Source: Gemmatimonadota bacterium
Lineage (GTDB): Bacteria > Gemmatimonadota > Gemmatimonadetes > Palauibacterales > Palauibacteraceae
Assembly (NCBI GenBank): GCA_022825725.1
Contig: JAJDWE010000001.1
Location: 7,243 to 71,242 of the forward strand
Length of the DNA stretch: 64,000 nt
Reading direction: 5' to 3'
The position numbers and the translations under genes are program-made. Positions 34,129 through 43,626 of this stretch are shown piece after piece. The first letter of the stretch is position 1; every line of letters starts with the position of its first letter. Below the pieces are notes generated by a model. The model was not told where the DNA came from, made no database searches, and worked only from the letters and a program-made list of their open reading frames with translations.

Positions 34129-35650
34129 GATCTTCGCCAGCGCCCCTGGATGTCAAAGAAGGCGCTGATTCGGCGAGGAGCGCTCTCAGTCTGGCGCGGT
34201 CCACCTTGCCCGTCGCCGTCCGGGGGAGACGGTCGAGCACCTCCCAGCGGCGGGGCACGCGCGGACCCGACAGCCGTTCGCGGCACCACGGATCGAGCCG
34301 GGCGGGGAGGTCGGGCTCTTCGCCGACGACGACGGCGACCACGACCTGCCCCCACCGGTGATCCGGCACGCCGACGACGGCGGTTTCCCGCACTTCCGGG
34401 TGGGCGGCGAGCACGGCTTCGACGTGGGCCGGGTCGACGTTCGCTCCTCCGCTCACGATCCGGTCGCGCAGCCGCCCCGTCACCTCCAGGCGACCCTGCC
34501 CGTCGAAACGGCCGAGGTCGCCCGTCGCGAACCATTCGCCGGTGGGCCGCGCGGGCTCTCCGACGTAGCCCCGGAACAGCGGGTCGCCGCGCACCTCGAT
34601 GTGGCCCGGGGCGGGCGCGCCGTCCGGCCCTTCGCCCGCGTCGCCGGGGGGGCGGATCCGCACTTCGACGCCGGTCAGCGGGACGCCGGCCGACCGGTCG
34701 CCGGCGCGCACCTCCGCCGGAGTCGCCGTGGTGACCTGCGACCCCGCCTCGGTCAATCCGTACGTCAGCGCGATCGGCCACCCGGCGGACAGGGCCCGCT
34801 CCGCCAGATCCGGCGGGGTCGCCGCGCCGCCGAGCAGGACGGCGCGCAGAGAGCCCGGCGGCCGGGTGCCGGCGGCCAGCAGCCCGTGCAGCATGGCCGG
34901 CACGAGCGAGAGGTGCGTCACGGCGAGTTCGCCGAGCGCCCGGGCGACGGAGGCGGCGTCGAACCGCGGCCCCGCCAGCGCGACCGTGGCGCCCGCGGCC
35001 GCGGCCCTCAGCGGCACGGCGAGGCCCCCGACGTGCGCCCAGGCGAGCGTCGCGAGCCACCGGTCGCCCGCAGCGAACCCGAGGCGCTCGTTCGAAGCGC
35101 TGGCGTTCGCGCGCAGCGACCGCCATTCGTGGACGACAAAGCGGGGCAGGCCTTCGGTTCCGGACGTCGCGAGGATGACGCCGGCTCCGGGGAGACCCGC
35201 CCGTGCCGAAGGCGCGGTCGGAGCGCGGAGATTCGCCGGAGCGGAATCCCGCAGATGCAGGGCGATCTCGCCGATCCCGGGGACCGCGAGCGACCGGGAC
35301 CTCCACCCGACGGTCGGCCACGCCGCGGCCTTGGCGGTGAGGGCGGCGTCCGGATGGAGCGCCGCGACAAAAGCGTCCCGCTCATGCGACGTCCACTCCC
35401 CGTGTGCGGGCGCGAGCACCCGGGCGCCCCCCGGCGCGGCTTGCGGCGCGACCGCGGCAAGGGCGGCCGCGCCGGCCGGATCCAGCGGGAACTGGTGAGC
35501 GACGACAGCCCCCGCCTCCACCCCCTCTTCTTCCAGAACCCCGGCCACCGTGTCGCCCGCGGCGCGGATCTCGGCGGCCGACCACCCCCGGTCTCGCGAC
35601 GCGAGCGCGAAGGACAGGGCCGGGACGGGAGTCGCGGGTTCGTTCACCAC
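34091..35650 (-). CDS. menE: AMP-dependent acyl-CoA ligase, probable o-succinylbenzoate-CoA ligase
   Basis: AMP-binding motifs ILATSGTEGLPRFV, TYGLTEAG, GEWFATGDLG and PRTATGKVDR. Assigned as menE from its position directly after menA/menB/menD/menF. Confidence 0.75.
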   Translation of the reverse strand: MVNEPATPVPALSFALASRDRGWSAAEIRAAGDTVAGVLEEEGVEAGAVVAHQFPLDPAGAAALAAVAPQAAPGGARVLAPAHGEWTSHERDAFVAALHPDAALTAKAAAWPTVGWRSRSLAVPGIGEIALHLRDSAPANLRAPTAPSARAGLPGAGVILATSGTEGLPRFVVHEWRSLRANASASNERLGFAAGDRWLATLAWAHVGGLAVPLRAAAAGATVALAGPRFDAASVARALGELAVTHLSLVPAMLHGLLAAGTRPPGSLRAVLLGGAATPPDLAERALSAGWPIALTYGLTEAGSQVTTATPAEVRAGDRSAGVPLTGVEVRIRPPGDAGEGPDGAPAPGHIEVRGDPLFRGYVGEPARPTGEWFATGDLGRFDGQGRLEVTGRLRDRIVSGGANVDPAHVEAVLAAHPEVRETAVVGVPDHRWGQVVVAVVVGEEPDLPARLDPWCRERLSGPRVPRRWEVLDRLPRTATGKVDRARLRALLAESAPSLTSRGAGEDLEIEPPAGVAPS

Positions 35651-36537
35651 AGGCAGCCCACCGCGAACAGGAGACCCCAGGCCCCGGTCGTCCGCGCCGT
35701 GGCGGCGAGGGCGGCGTTAAGCGCCCGCGGGTTCTCGTACGTCCACACGACCCGTAGCGGCGCGGCCGCGAACAGAACCGCGCCCGACGCGAGCAGCGTC
35801 CCCGCGGGCCACCATCCCGCCATGACGCCGACGGGCGGCGCGGCCGCGGCGACCGCGATGAGCAGCGAATATTGGACCCGTGTCGCGGCCGAGCCGATCC
35901 GCACCGCCAGCGTGCGCTTTCCCGCCGCGGCATCGGTCGTGATGTCGCGCAGGTTGTTCACCACCAGGATCGCCGTGGCGAGCGCCCCCGCGCCGAGTCC
36001 CGCGATCAGCGCCTCGGGCGCCCAGCGGAGGAGCTGCACGTAATACGTGCCGGCCACGGCGACGGGACCGAACAGGATCCACACGGCGAGATCGCCCAGC
36101 CCGTGGTAGCCGTACGGCCACGGCCCACCCGTGTAGCAGACGGCCAGCAGGATCGAGCCCACGCCGATCCACACGACCGGCCATCCACCCACGATCGCGA
36201 GATAGATGCCCACCGCGAAGGCCAGTGCGAACGAGACCGCCGCTCCGAGCCGGACGGCGGACGCGGTCAGGAGGCCGGCCTGCGTGACCCGCGGAGTGCC
36301 GAGCCGGTCGGCCGTGTCCGCCCCGCGCGCGAAGTCGGAGTAGTCGTTCGCGAAGTTCGTGCCGATCTGAATCAGCAGCGCGGCGCCGAGCGCCGCCAGA
36401 AAGGGCGCGACGGCGAAACCGCCGTCCTTCCACGCCAGCCCGCCGCCCGCGAGCACAGGCCCTGCCGCGGCCGGCAGCGTGCGCAGGCGCGCCCCTGCGA
36501 TCCACGCGCCCGGGCTGCCGGGCGTTACGGACGCCAA
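35644..36537 (-). CDS. menA: 1,4-dihydroxy-2-naphthoate polyprenyltransferase
   Basis: UbiA-family membrane protein with [14 protein letters not shown] (N..ND..D) and [20 protein letters not shown]. Start proposed at TTG 36537, overlapping the menB end by 13 nt. The track ORF extending to 37143 is rejected. Confidence 0.85.
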   Translation of the reverse strand: MASVTPGSPGAWIAGARLRTLPAAAGPVLAGGGLAWKDGGFAVAPFLAALGAALLIQIGTNFANDYSDFARGADTADRLGTPRVTQAGLLTASAVRLGAAVSFALAFAVGIYLAIVGGWPVVWIGVGSILLAVCYTGGPWPYGYHGLGDLAVWILFGPVAVAGTYYVQLLRWAPEALIAGLGAGALATAILVVNNLRDITTDAAAGKRTLAVRIGSAATRVQYSLLIAVAAAAPPVGVMAGWWPAGTLLASGAVLFAAAPLRVVWTYENPRALNAALAATARTTGAWGLLFAVGCLW

Positions 36538-37385
36538 GGGTACTGTCGGAAGTTCGGCGCGCGCTTCTCGAGGAACGCGTTCTTCCCTTCCTGGCCCTCC
36601 TCCGTCATGTAGAAGAGCATCGTCGCGTGACCCGCGAGTTCCTGGAGCCCGGCCTGCCCGTCGCAATCCGCGTTCATCGCCGCCTTCAGGCACCGGATCG
36701 CGAGCGGGCTCTTCGCGAGGATCTCGCGCGCCCAGTCGACGCCCTCCGCCTCCATCCGCGCGAGCGGCACGACCTTGTTCACGAGCCCCATCCGCTCGGC
36801 TTCCTCCGCTCCGTACTGCCGGCACAGGTACCAGATCTCGCGCGCCTTCTTCTGGCCCACCGACCGCGCCAGGTACGAGGAACCGAACCCTCCGTCGAAG
36901 CTCCCCACCTTCGGCCCCGTCTGTCCGAACACGGCGTTGTCCGCCGCGATCGTGAGATCGCACACGACGTGCAGCACATGCCCGCCGCCGATCGCGTATC
37001 CGGCGACGAGCGCGATGACCGGCTTCGGCATCGAGCGGATGAGACGCTGGAGTTCGAGGACGTTCAGGCGCGCGACCCCGTCCTTCCCCACGTATCCGGC
37101 CGTACCGCGCACCCTCTGGTCGCCGCCGGAGCAGAAGGCCCACTTCCCGTCCCTGGAAGGTCCGTTGCCGGTGAGGAGGACGACGCCGATCTCCTCGTCA
37201 TCCCTCGCGTCCTGAAATGCCTCGTACATCTCGAACAGCGTGTCGGGACGGAATGCGTTGCGAACCTCGGGCCGGTTGAAGGCGATGCGGGCGATCCCGT
37301 CGCTCTTGTGATAGGTGATGTCCCCGTATTCGCCGGCCGGCTCCCAGTCGACGCCGCTTTCCGGGGGGGAAAAGGTCTCTGCCAT
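36525..37385 (-). CDS. menB: 1,4-dihydroxy-2-naphthoyl-CoA synthase
   Basis: [28 protein letters not shown]...[12 protein letters not shown]...[52 protein letters not shown] is near-canonical MenB. ATG 37385 follows GGGAG. Confidence 0.95.
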   Translation of the reverse strand: MAETFSPPESGVDWEPAGEYGDITYHKSDGIARIAFNRPEVRNAFRPDTLFEMYEAFQDARDDEEIGVVLLTGNGPSRDGKWAFCSGGDQRVRGTAGYVGKDGVARLNVLELQRLIRSMPKPVIALVAGYAIGGGHVLHVVCDLTIAADNAVFGQTGPKVGSFDGGFGSSYLARSVGQKKAREIWYLCRQYGAEEAERMGLVNKVVPLARMEAEGVDWAREILAKSPLAIRCLKAAMNADCDGQAGLQELAGHATMLFYMTEEGQEGKNAFLEKRAPNFRQYPWRP

Positions 37386-37398
37386 CTCGGGGTCTCCC

Positions 37399-39162
37399 TC
37401 AGATCTCGCGGCGCGCCGCCTCCTTCGCGCTTTCGGTCGCGGCGGTGCGCTGCTGCCAGTTGTGTTCACGCTCGACGCGCGCCTCCGTGAGGCGAAGGCC
37501 ACGGCCCTCCGACTCCGGACCCGGTGCCTGCACCGCCTCCCGCAATTCGGCGGCCGACGAGACGGGACGGTGCGGGATTCCGGCTGCGGCGGCAACCGCG
37601 CCCAGATCCACGGATTGGGGCATGACGACGTACGGAGTGAAGGGCGGGTCGTGCTCGCGGATCGGCAGCATGTGGAAGATGCCGCCGCCGCGGTTCTGGA
37701 TGACCACGAGGTGGAGCGAGATGCCGGGCGGGCGATCCACCAGCAGCGCCCCCACATCGTGGAGCAGCGTGAGGTCGCCGATGAGCGCGGCCGCGGGCCG
37801 TCCCGACGCGGCCGCGGCGCCGAGTGCCGCGCTCACGTTGCCATCGATCCCGCTCGCACCTCGAAGACCGAGGGCGTGGAGCGGTCGATCCGTCGCACGC
37901 GCGAAGGCGTCCACGTCGCGAATGGGCATCGAGTTGCCGATGAACCAGGGCGTCCCCTCCGGGAGACTTCGCGCCATGGTGTCGGCGACGGCGCCCTCGA
38001 ACCACGTCTCCGCCAGCGACGGCTCGACCGCGAGGCGCGCCGCGCGGTCCACTGTCCGCCACCGCTCGACCCAGGCCTCCTCCGCTTCCCCGGAGTCGGT
38101 GGCGGCCGCACTCTCGAGGGTCGCGACCGGATCGCCGGTCAGCGGTCGCGCGCCCGTGGCGAGATGATCCCGCCAGCCGTGCGTCGCGTCGAGCACGAAC
38201 TGGGGCGCGTCCGCGTGCCGCTCCAGGTAGCGGCAGACCGCCGCGGAGGTCGGCGCGCGGCCGACGCGAACGACCAGATCGGGGCGGAATGCCGCAGCCA
38301 CGTCATCGGCCCGGAGCGAGAGATCGGCGCTGCTCATCGTCCAGCGCTCCGCGCCGGAGCCGAAACGGGCGCCGGAGAGCGGATCGGCAATGAGCGGAGC
38401 GCGAACCCGGGCCGCCAGCGCCAGGGCGGCGCGGCCGATCCCGGACCGCTGGTTGGGACCGCAGACGAGGAGCGGTCGCCGCGCGCCTTGCAGCAGGGCA
38501 GCGAGTTCGCCACCCGCGTCCGGCGGCGAAGCTCCGGGCGCAGCGCCGAGCGTCGCGGAGCCGGGGAGGCGCGGCTCCAGACCGGGGGGCACGTCGCCTG
38601 GGACGGGGACCGGCTCGAGCGGCTTCGTGAACTGAACGTTCAGCTGCGCCGGCCCCGCGGGGGGCCCCAGCGCCGCGCGCCAGGCCGCCTCCACCGCGGT
38701 TCCAAGCCGGGCGAGCCCCGCGGCCGTCGGTTCCGGAAGCGCAAGGTCGATGGATCTCCGAGCGTAGCGGCCGAAGAGATCCCGCTGGTCGATCGTCTGG
38801 TTCGCATCCGTGCCCCTCAGCGCCGCCGGCCGGTCCGCCGTCAGCGCGAGGAACGGGATCTCGCTCCGGCTCGCTTCCACAACCGCCGGGAAGAGGTTGG
38901 ACGCAGCGGTGCCGGACGTCGTGACGACCGCAGCCGGCCGTCCGCTCGCCGCGCCCACGCCCAGAGCGAAGAAGCCGGCGCTCCGTTCATCCACATGAGG
39001 GTGAAGGGTGAACCGGTCGTCGGCGGCCAGCGCCTCCACGAGGGGGGCCGAGCGGGATCCGGAACCGATGCAGGCGTGCGACACGCCGCGGCGGCCGAGC
39101 CCGTCGATGAGCGCCCGCGCCCACAGTGCGTTCCGATTGGGCGCGGCCGGCGTCCGGCTCAC
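37399..39162 (-). CDS. menD: SEPHCHC synthase (2-succinyl-5-enolpyruvyl-6-hydroxy-3-cyclohexene-1-carboxylate synthase)
   Basis: ThDP enzyme with [12 protein letters not shown]...GSRSAPL...[11 protein letters not shown]...[16 protein letters not shown]...LTADRP..LR. The GTG at 39162 overlaps the menF stop (GTGA). Confidence 0.9.
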   Translation of the reverse strand: MSRTPAAPNRNALWARALIDGLGRRGVSHACIGSGSRSAPLVEALAADDRFTLHPHVDERSAGFFALGVGAASGRPAAVVTTSGTAASNLFPAVVEASRSEIPFLALTADRPAALRGTDANQTIDQRDLFGRYARRSIDLALPEPTAAGLARLGTAVEAAWRAALGPPAGPAQLNVQFTKPLEPVPVPGDVPPGLEPRLPGSATLGAAPGASPPDAGGELAALLQGARRPLLVCGPNQRSGIGRAALALAARVRAPLIADPLSGARFGSGAERWTMSSADLSLRADDVAAAFRPDLVVRVGRAPTSAAVCRYLERHADAPQFVLDATHGWRDHLATGARPLTGDPVATLESAAATDSGEAEEAWVERWRTVDRAARLAVEPSLAETWFEGAVADTMARSLPEGTPWFIGNSMPIRDVDAFARATDRPLHALGLRGASGIDGNVSAALGAAAASGRPAAALIGDLTLLHDVGALLVDRPPGISLHLVVIQNRGGGIFHMLPIREHDPPFTPYVVMPQSVDLGAVAAAAGIPHRPVSSAAELREAVQAPGPESEGRGLRLTEARVEREHNWQQRTAATESAKEAARREI

Positions 39163-40592
39163 CGCATTCGCGCGACACCGAGCGCCGCGAGCATCGTCTG
39201 CAGCTTCACCCGGGTCTCGTCCCATTCCGCCCGCGCGCGGGAGTTGCTCACGAGGCCGGCGGCGGCGTAGAGCCGAAAGAGCGGGCCCCTGGCGACGCCG
39301 CCGCGCAACGCCGGAGCGAACTCCCCGTCACCCTCTTCGTCGAACCAGCCGACCGGACCCGCGTACCAGCCGCGACTCTCCGTCTCGCGCGCGCGGATCA
39401 TTTCGAGGGCGTTGGCGCGCGGATCGCCGCACACGGCCGCGGTGGGATGGAGCTTCTCCACAAGCGACAGGATATGCGTCCCGGGTCGCGTCTCCGCCTC
39501 CAGGTCCGTGCGCAGGTGCTGGATCCGCGGCAAGCGCAGGAGGGCGGGCTCCGGGATCGCTCCGATCCGGACACCGCCCTGGCGCAGCCGTTCGACGATG
39601 TCCTCGACAACGACGAGGTGTTCCTCCCGGTTCTTGCGGCTATCGATCAGCTGGCGGCCGAGCCAGGCGTCCGATGCCGGATCCGAGCCGCGCGGTGTCG
39701 ACCCCCCGACCGCCATCGTGCGAAAGCGCCGACCGCGCAGCGAACCGATCAGCTCGGGGGCGGCACCGACGAGGAAGCGGTCGCGCGCGAACTGCATCAG
39801 GTATAGGTGCGCGAGCGGGTTCGCCGTGCGCAGAGCGGTGAGAACCGCGGCGGAGTCCGGCGGTCTCCCGAGCGTGATGTCGATCGAGCGCGCGAGCACC
39901 ACCTTTCGCACCCGGCCGGACCGGATCTCGTCGAGGATCTCGTTCACGGCGCGCTGCCATTGCCGGCGATCCACAAGTTCCTCGATCGCGGTCGCGGACG
40001 GGACGGGCCCCGGCGTCGCCCCGCGGCGCTCGAGTCTGGCCAGTTGCTCGCGCGTGCGCGTCGCGCGCCGGCGGAGTCGATCGATGGCCCGGTCGCCGGA
40101 GGTGCCGGCGTCGAAGCGCCGCGTCACCGTCAGCCACGCGCCACGTTCGTCCGCCTCGACTTCGTAGGCCGGCAGCACGAAGCGCGCACCCGGGAACGCC
40201 TCCCAGAAACCTGGCTCCCGGTCCGCACGGCGCGCGGGGTCGAAAGCGAAGCCGCCGTGCATGCGCGGCCGCCGCGCCTCCCCGTCCAGGTCGAGGACCC
40301 ACGGTTCAGAGAACAGTGTCGCCGCGCGCTCCCGCGTCCAGGCGACGAGGTCTCCGGGCGGGGGTCCCGGCACGCCCTCCCGGCTGTCGATCTCCGCGGC
40401 GGAGCCCGCGTGCGCGATCCAGTGGGGGCCGCTCTGCCAGAAGCCGCGCACGCCGACCGTCGGCGAGGCGAGCACGGCCTCGGGCTCGATGCTCGGCAAA
40501 CGCAGCGTCACGCTGGCGAAATAGCCCGCCCCGCGCGCGGCCTCGACCGCCTCCTCCGTCCGCTTCTCGCGGGAGGGCCGTGCCGCCTTCAC
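39159..40592 (-). CDS. menF: isochorismate synthase
   Basis: Chorismate-binding C-terminal domain (KVVLAR...LHPTAAVCG.P...GWYAGPVGW.D..GDGEF.VALR). Placed in the men cluster. The GTG start overlaps the upstream stop. Confidence 0.85.
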   Translation of the reverse strand: MKAARPSREKRTEEAVEAARGAGYFASVTLRLPSIEPEAVLASPTVGVRGFWQSGPHWIAHAGSAAEIDSREGVPGPPPGDLVAWTRERAATLFSEPWVLDLDGEARRPRMHGGFAFDPARRADREPGFWEAFPGARFVLPAYEVEADERGAWLTVTRRFDAGTSGDRAIDRLRRRATRTREQLARLERRGATPGPVPSATAIEELVDRRQWQRAVNEILDEIRSGRVRKVVLARSIDITLGRPPDSAAVLTALRTANPLAHLYLMQFARDRFLVGAAPELIGSLRGRRFRTMAVGGSTPRGSDPASDAWLGRQLIDSRKNREEHLVVVEDIVERLRQGGVRIGAIPEPALLRLPRIQHLRTDLEAETRPGTHILSLVEKLHPTAAVCGDPRANALEMIRARETESRGWYAGPVGWFDEEGDGEFAPALRGGVARGPLFRLYAAAGLVSNSRARAEWDETRVKLQTMLAALGVARMR

Positions 40593-40630
40593 GCCGTCGC
40601 CCTCATGCCGTCGCCTTCATGCCGTCGCCC
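40589..40630. repeat. three tandem copies of a 14-nt unit at the HDAC-like/menF junction
   Basis: + strand: TCACGCCGTCGCCC / TCATGCCGTCGCCT / TCATGCCGTCGCCC. On the minus strand this reads GGGCGACGGCATGA AGGCGACGGCATGA GGGCGACGGCGTGA. Confidence 0.9.
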
Positions 40631-41545
40631 TTCGATCTCGCGCGCCGCCCTGTGCGCGATCGCGTGCAGTTCCGCCGTCTGTCGGGGCGTGGCCGCATAC
40701 CCGCCCGACAGGAGGAGCGTGAGCGGGAGCCCCTCCCCGCGCAACGTGCCGATGACCCATCGATCCCTTCGCTCCAGACCGGCGCGCGTGAGCGCCAGAC
40801 GTCCGAAACGGTCGCCGGCGACGACATCCACGCCCCCGAGGTAGAACACGAGGTCGGGACGCGACCGGGTCACGGCCTCGGGGAGAAATCGCCGCAGCGC
40901 CTCCTCGTATTCCCCGTCTCCCGCGCCATCGGGCAGGGCCACGTCGAGATCCGACGGAGTGGGCCTGAACGGGTAGTTCCCCGCCCCGTGCATGGAGAAG
41001 GTGAAGGTCTCGGGGTCATCGGCGAACACGGCGGCGGTGCCGTTCCCCTGATGGACGTCGAGATCCACGACGAGCGCGCGGCGAATCCACCCGCCGCGGC
41101 GAAGCACCCTGACGGCGACGCCCACATCGTTCAAGACGCAGAATCCCTCTCCGTGATCCGGGAACGCATGGTGCGTCCCTCCGGCCAGGTTCGCCGCCAC
41201 ACCATCTTCCAGCGCCATCCACGCCGCATTGACCGTGCCCCGGACGGCGAGTCGCGACCGGCGCACGAGCGCGGGCGACCACGGGAGCCCGAGGCGTCGC
41301 TCCTCCGCACGGCCGAGAGCGCCGTGCCGGAGCCTGTAGAGGTACTCCGGCGTGTGCACGAGCGCCAAGTCCTCCCACGGGGCCTCCTCCGGCTCGACGA
41401 TGTCCTTCGGGCGTATGATCCCGTCGCGTTCGAGGATCTGCCGCAGCGCAAGAAACTTCCCCATCGGGAAGCGGTGATCCGCTGGCAGCGGCACCGTGTA
41501 CCCGGCGCTGTAGGCGACGCGGAGTCTCGGCACGGCTGCGGACAC
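40589..41545 (-). CDS. histone deacetylase-family (arginase/deacetylase fold) enzyme
   Basis: GGTHHAFPDHGEGFCVLNDV, DLDVHQGNGTA, SMHG and LGGVDVVAGD are canonical HDAC/AcuC/Aph signatures. The GTG at 41545 overlaps the last base of the upstream stop (TAGTG). The track ORF extending to 42346 is rejected. Confidence 0.85.
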   Translation of the reverse strand: MSAAVPRLRVAYSAGYTVPLPADHRFPMGKFLALRQILERDGIIRPKDIVEPEEAPWEDLALVHTPEYLYRLRHGALGRAEERRLGLPWSPALVRRSRLAVRGTVNAAWMALEDGVAANLAGGTHHAFPDHGEGFCVLNDVGVAVRVLRRGGWIRRALVVDLDVHQGNGTAAVFADDPETFTFSMHGAGNYPFRPTPSDLDVALPDGAGDGEYEEALRRFLPEAVTRSRPDLVFYLGGVDVVAGDRFGRLALTRAGLERRDRWVIGTLRGEGLPLTLLLSGGYAATPRQTAELHAIAHRAAREIEGRRHEGDGMRATA

Positions 41546-43626
41546 TAGAAGAGCCGGAACTGGAGCCGCAGCAGACGGCCGGGCTGCGGCAGTCCGCACT
41601 GATCGAAGACCGTCGCGTCCCCGAGGTTGTCCAGCGACAGAGAGGTCTGAAGCGTCCGGAAGGGCCCGCCGACCGCAAACTCCCGACTCACGACGAGGTC
41701 GACGCGAGCCGTCGGGTCGAGGGCGACATCGGCGTCGAGATCCGGATCGACGCAGTACTGGCGTCCGATCGCCTCCACCGCGGCCCGTGCCCGGAGACCC
41801 GCGGGGAGCGGACCCTCCACGTGCGCCCCCACGGCGATCGCGGGCTGGTATTCCGCACGAAGCGCGAGGCCCTCGAACCGCCGGTCCGTGACCTCCACAT
41901 TCTGCCACGTCAGGTCGCCGCCAACGGAGACCCCGCCCCACCGCGCGTCGCCGAGAAGCTCGATCCCCGCCGCGTCCACGCGACGCCGGTTCTCTCGGCG
42001 GAACCTCCCGTCGCCGAGCCCCGTACGCACGATCGCGTTCGAGAAACTCTGGACGAAAAGCACGGCCTGTGCCTCGACCTCCGCCCCGAACGCCTCCACC
42101 GTCCCGGTGACGCCCCCCTCCGCCGCGCGGAGGATCTCCGACGCGAGTTCGTGGTTGGGGACGAAGCGGCCGAGCGCGCCCGAATACAGTTCCCGCAGCG
42201 ACGGAAAGCGGACGCGCCGGCTCGCCCCCATGTGGAAGCGAACGCGCCGCCCGATCTGCGCGGATCCTCCGACGCGAGCCCCCCAGTCGTCGATCGTCTC
42301 GCGCGCTTCGCGACCGCCGGTCTCCGGCGTGCTGCCGTGGTCCCAACTCGCCCCCAGGCTGACCCGGGCGCCCGACCAGAATCCCGCGCCGGGACTCGCG
42401 AGCGGCAACTCCACCTCGCCGCCGAGACTGAACAGGCGCTGGCGAAACGTGGACTCGCCACCCGGCGCGATACGCTCCACATGGCGAGTCTCGGCCACCG
42501 TGAGCGCCGTCCGCACGACCCCGTCGCCGAGTTCATGGTCGGACAGGCCGCGGAAGGTGAGGGTGCGGTCGTCCGCGAACTCCTGCCCCGCGATGTCCTC
42601 ATAGGCCAGCGTCTCGAACTCGTCGATCTGCGCATCGCCCGCGTCGATCCCAATGCTGACCTCGAAATCTCCCGTGCCGAAGGGAGTGCGGCCCCACCCG
42701 GTACCCGCCGAGACCGTGCTCACGACCCGCTTCGTCTCGGGCATCCTCCAGCGCCGCGGATTCATCGTGTGGAGTTCCGGCGGAACCCCCCGCTCCGCGC
42801 GATACCCGAAGGCGGAGGTGGAGACCCACGCGCCCCCTTCGGATTCGACCCGGCCCGTGAAGAAGGCGCTCGCGTGATCGAGGTCGCTGTTCAGACGCCG
42901 GTTCGGGTCGGCAGCGGCCGGCTGCACGACGCCGCCCGGAAGGGGCACGCCGTCGCGCGTCCGGTAGGCGCCGCCCGCCTGCACGGAGACGCCGCCCTCT
43001 CCCGAGCTCCACGTGCGTCCGAGGCGCACGCCGCCGAACGCCGCGCCTGTCGCGTCCATCCCGCCCTGCATCCCGTTGAGCCGCCGGTCCGCTTCCACGC
43101 TCCCGTGTCCGATCTCGATCGAAACCACGCCGCCGAGAACGTTGGGACCATGGAGGACCGAGGAGATGCCCCGGAAGAGCTGGATCTCGCGCGCCGCATC
43201 GACCGGAATGAGCGAAAGGTCGGTGCGCGCGTCCCAGCCGAGGGTCAGCGGCACGCCGTCGACGAGCACGGCGAGCTGGCGCGACTCGGTCCCCCGCAGC
43301 GTCGGCTGGGCCTCGCCGCGCGAGTTCTCGCGCACCTGAAGGAAGGGAATCTCGCGCAGCGCTTCCTCGAGCAGGGGGACTGCGGCCACGCGCGGCGACT
43401 GAAGGCTGAGGCGCACGGCGCTCGCGCCCGAGACGCTGGCGACCGGCCGCAGCGCCTCGATTCGGAGTTCGCGAAGCCGGAAGGAGACCGTATCCCGGGA
43501 CACGGTGTCCGGCACCTGCGCGGCCACGCTCTCCGCCCCCGGAAGATATGCGAGCGCGGCGAGAAGCGGCCACGCGCCACGCCGCGCGATGCGCCTTCCA
43601 ACCTTCCGTTCCATCCTCCGTTTCAT
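41545..43626 (-). CDS. TonB-dependent receptor
   Basis: Signal peptide, plug domain (LRGTESRQLAVLVDGVPL...IQLFRGISSVLHGPNVLGGVVSIE), long beta-barrel, C-terminal LRLQFRLF. Confidence 0.9.
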   Translation of the reverse strand: MKRRMERKVGRRIARRGAWPLLAALAYLPGAESVAAQVPDTVSRDTVSFRLRELRIEALRPVASVSGASAVRLSLQSPRVAAVPLLEEALREIPFLQVRENSRGEAQPTLRGTESRQLAVLVDGVPLTLGWDARTDLSLIPVDAAREIQLFRGISSVLHGPNVLGGVVSIEIGHGSVEADRRLNGMQGGMDATGAAFGGVRLGRTWSSGEGGVSVQAGGAYRTRDGVPLPGGVVQPAAADPNRRLNSDLDHASAFFTGRVESEGGAWVSTSAFGYRAERGVPPELHTMNPRRWRMPETKRVVSTVSAGTGWGRTPFGTGDFEVSIGIDAGDAQIDEFETLAYEDIAGQEFADDRTLTFRGLSDHELGDGVVRTALTVAETRHVERIAPGGESTFRQRLFSLGGEVELPLASPGAGFWSGARVSLGASWDHGSTPETGGREARETIDDWGARVGGSAQIGRRVRFHMGASRRVRFPSLRELYSGALGRFVPNHELASEILRAAEGGVTGTVEAFGAEVEAQAVLFVQSFSNAIVRTGLGDGRFRRENRRRVDAAGIELLGDARWGGVSVGGDLTWQNVEVTDRRFEGLALRAEYQPAIAVGAHVEGPLPAGLRARAAVEAIGRQYCVDPDLDADVALDPTARVDLVVSREFAVGGPFRTLQTSLSLDNLGDATVFDQCGLPQPGRLLRLQFRLF

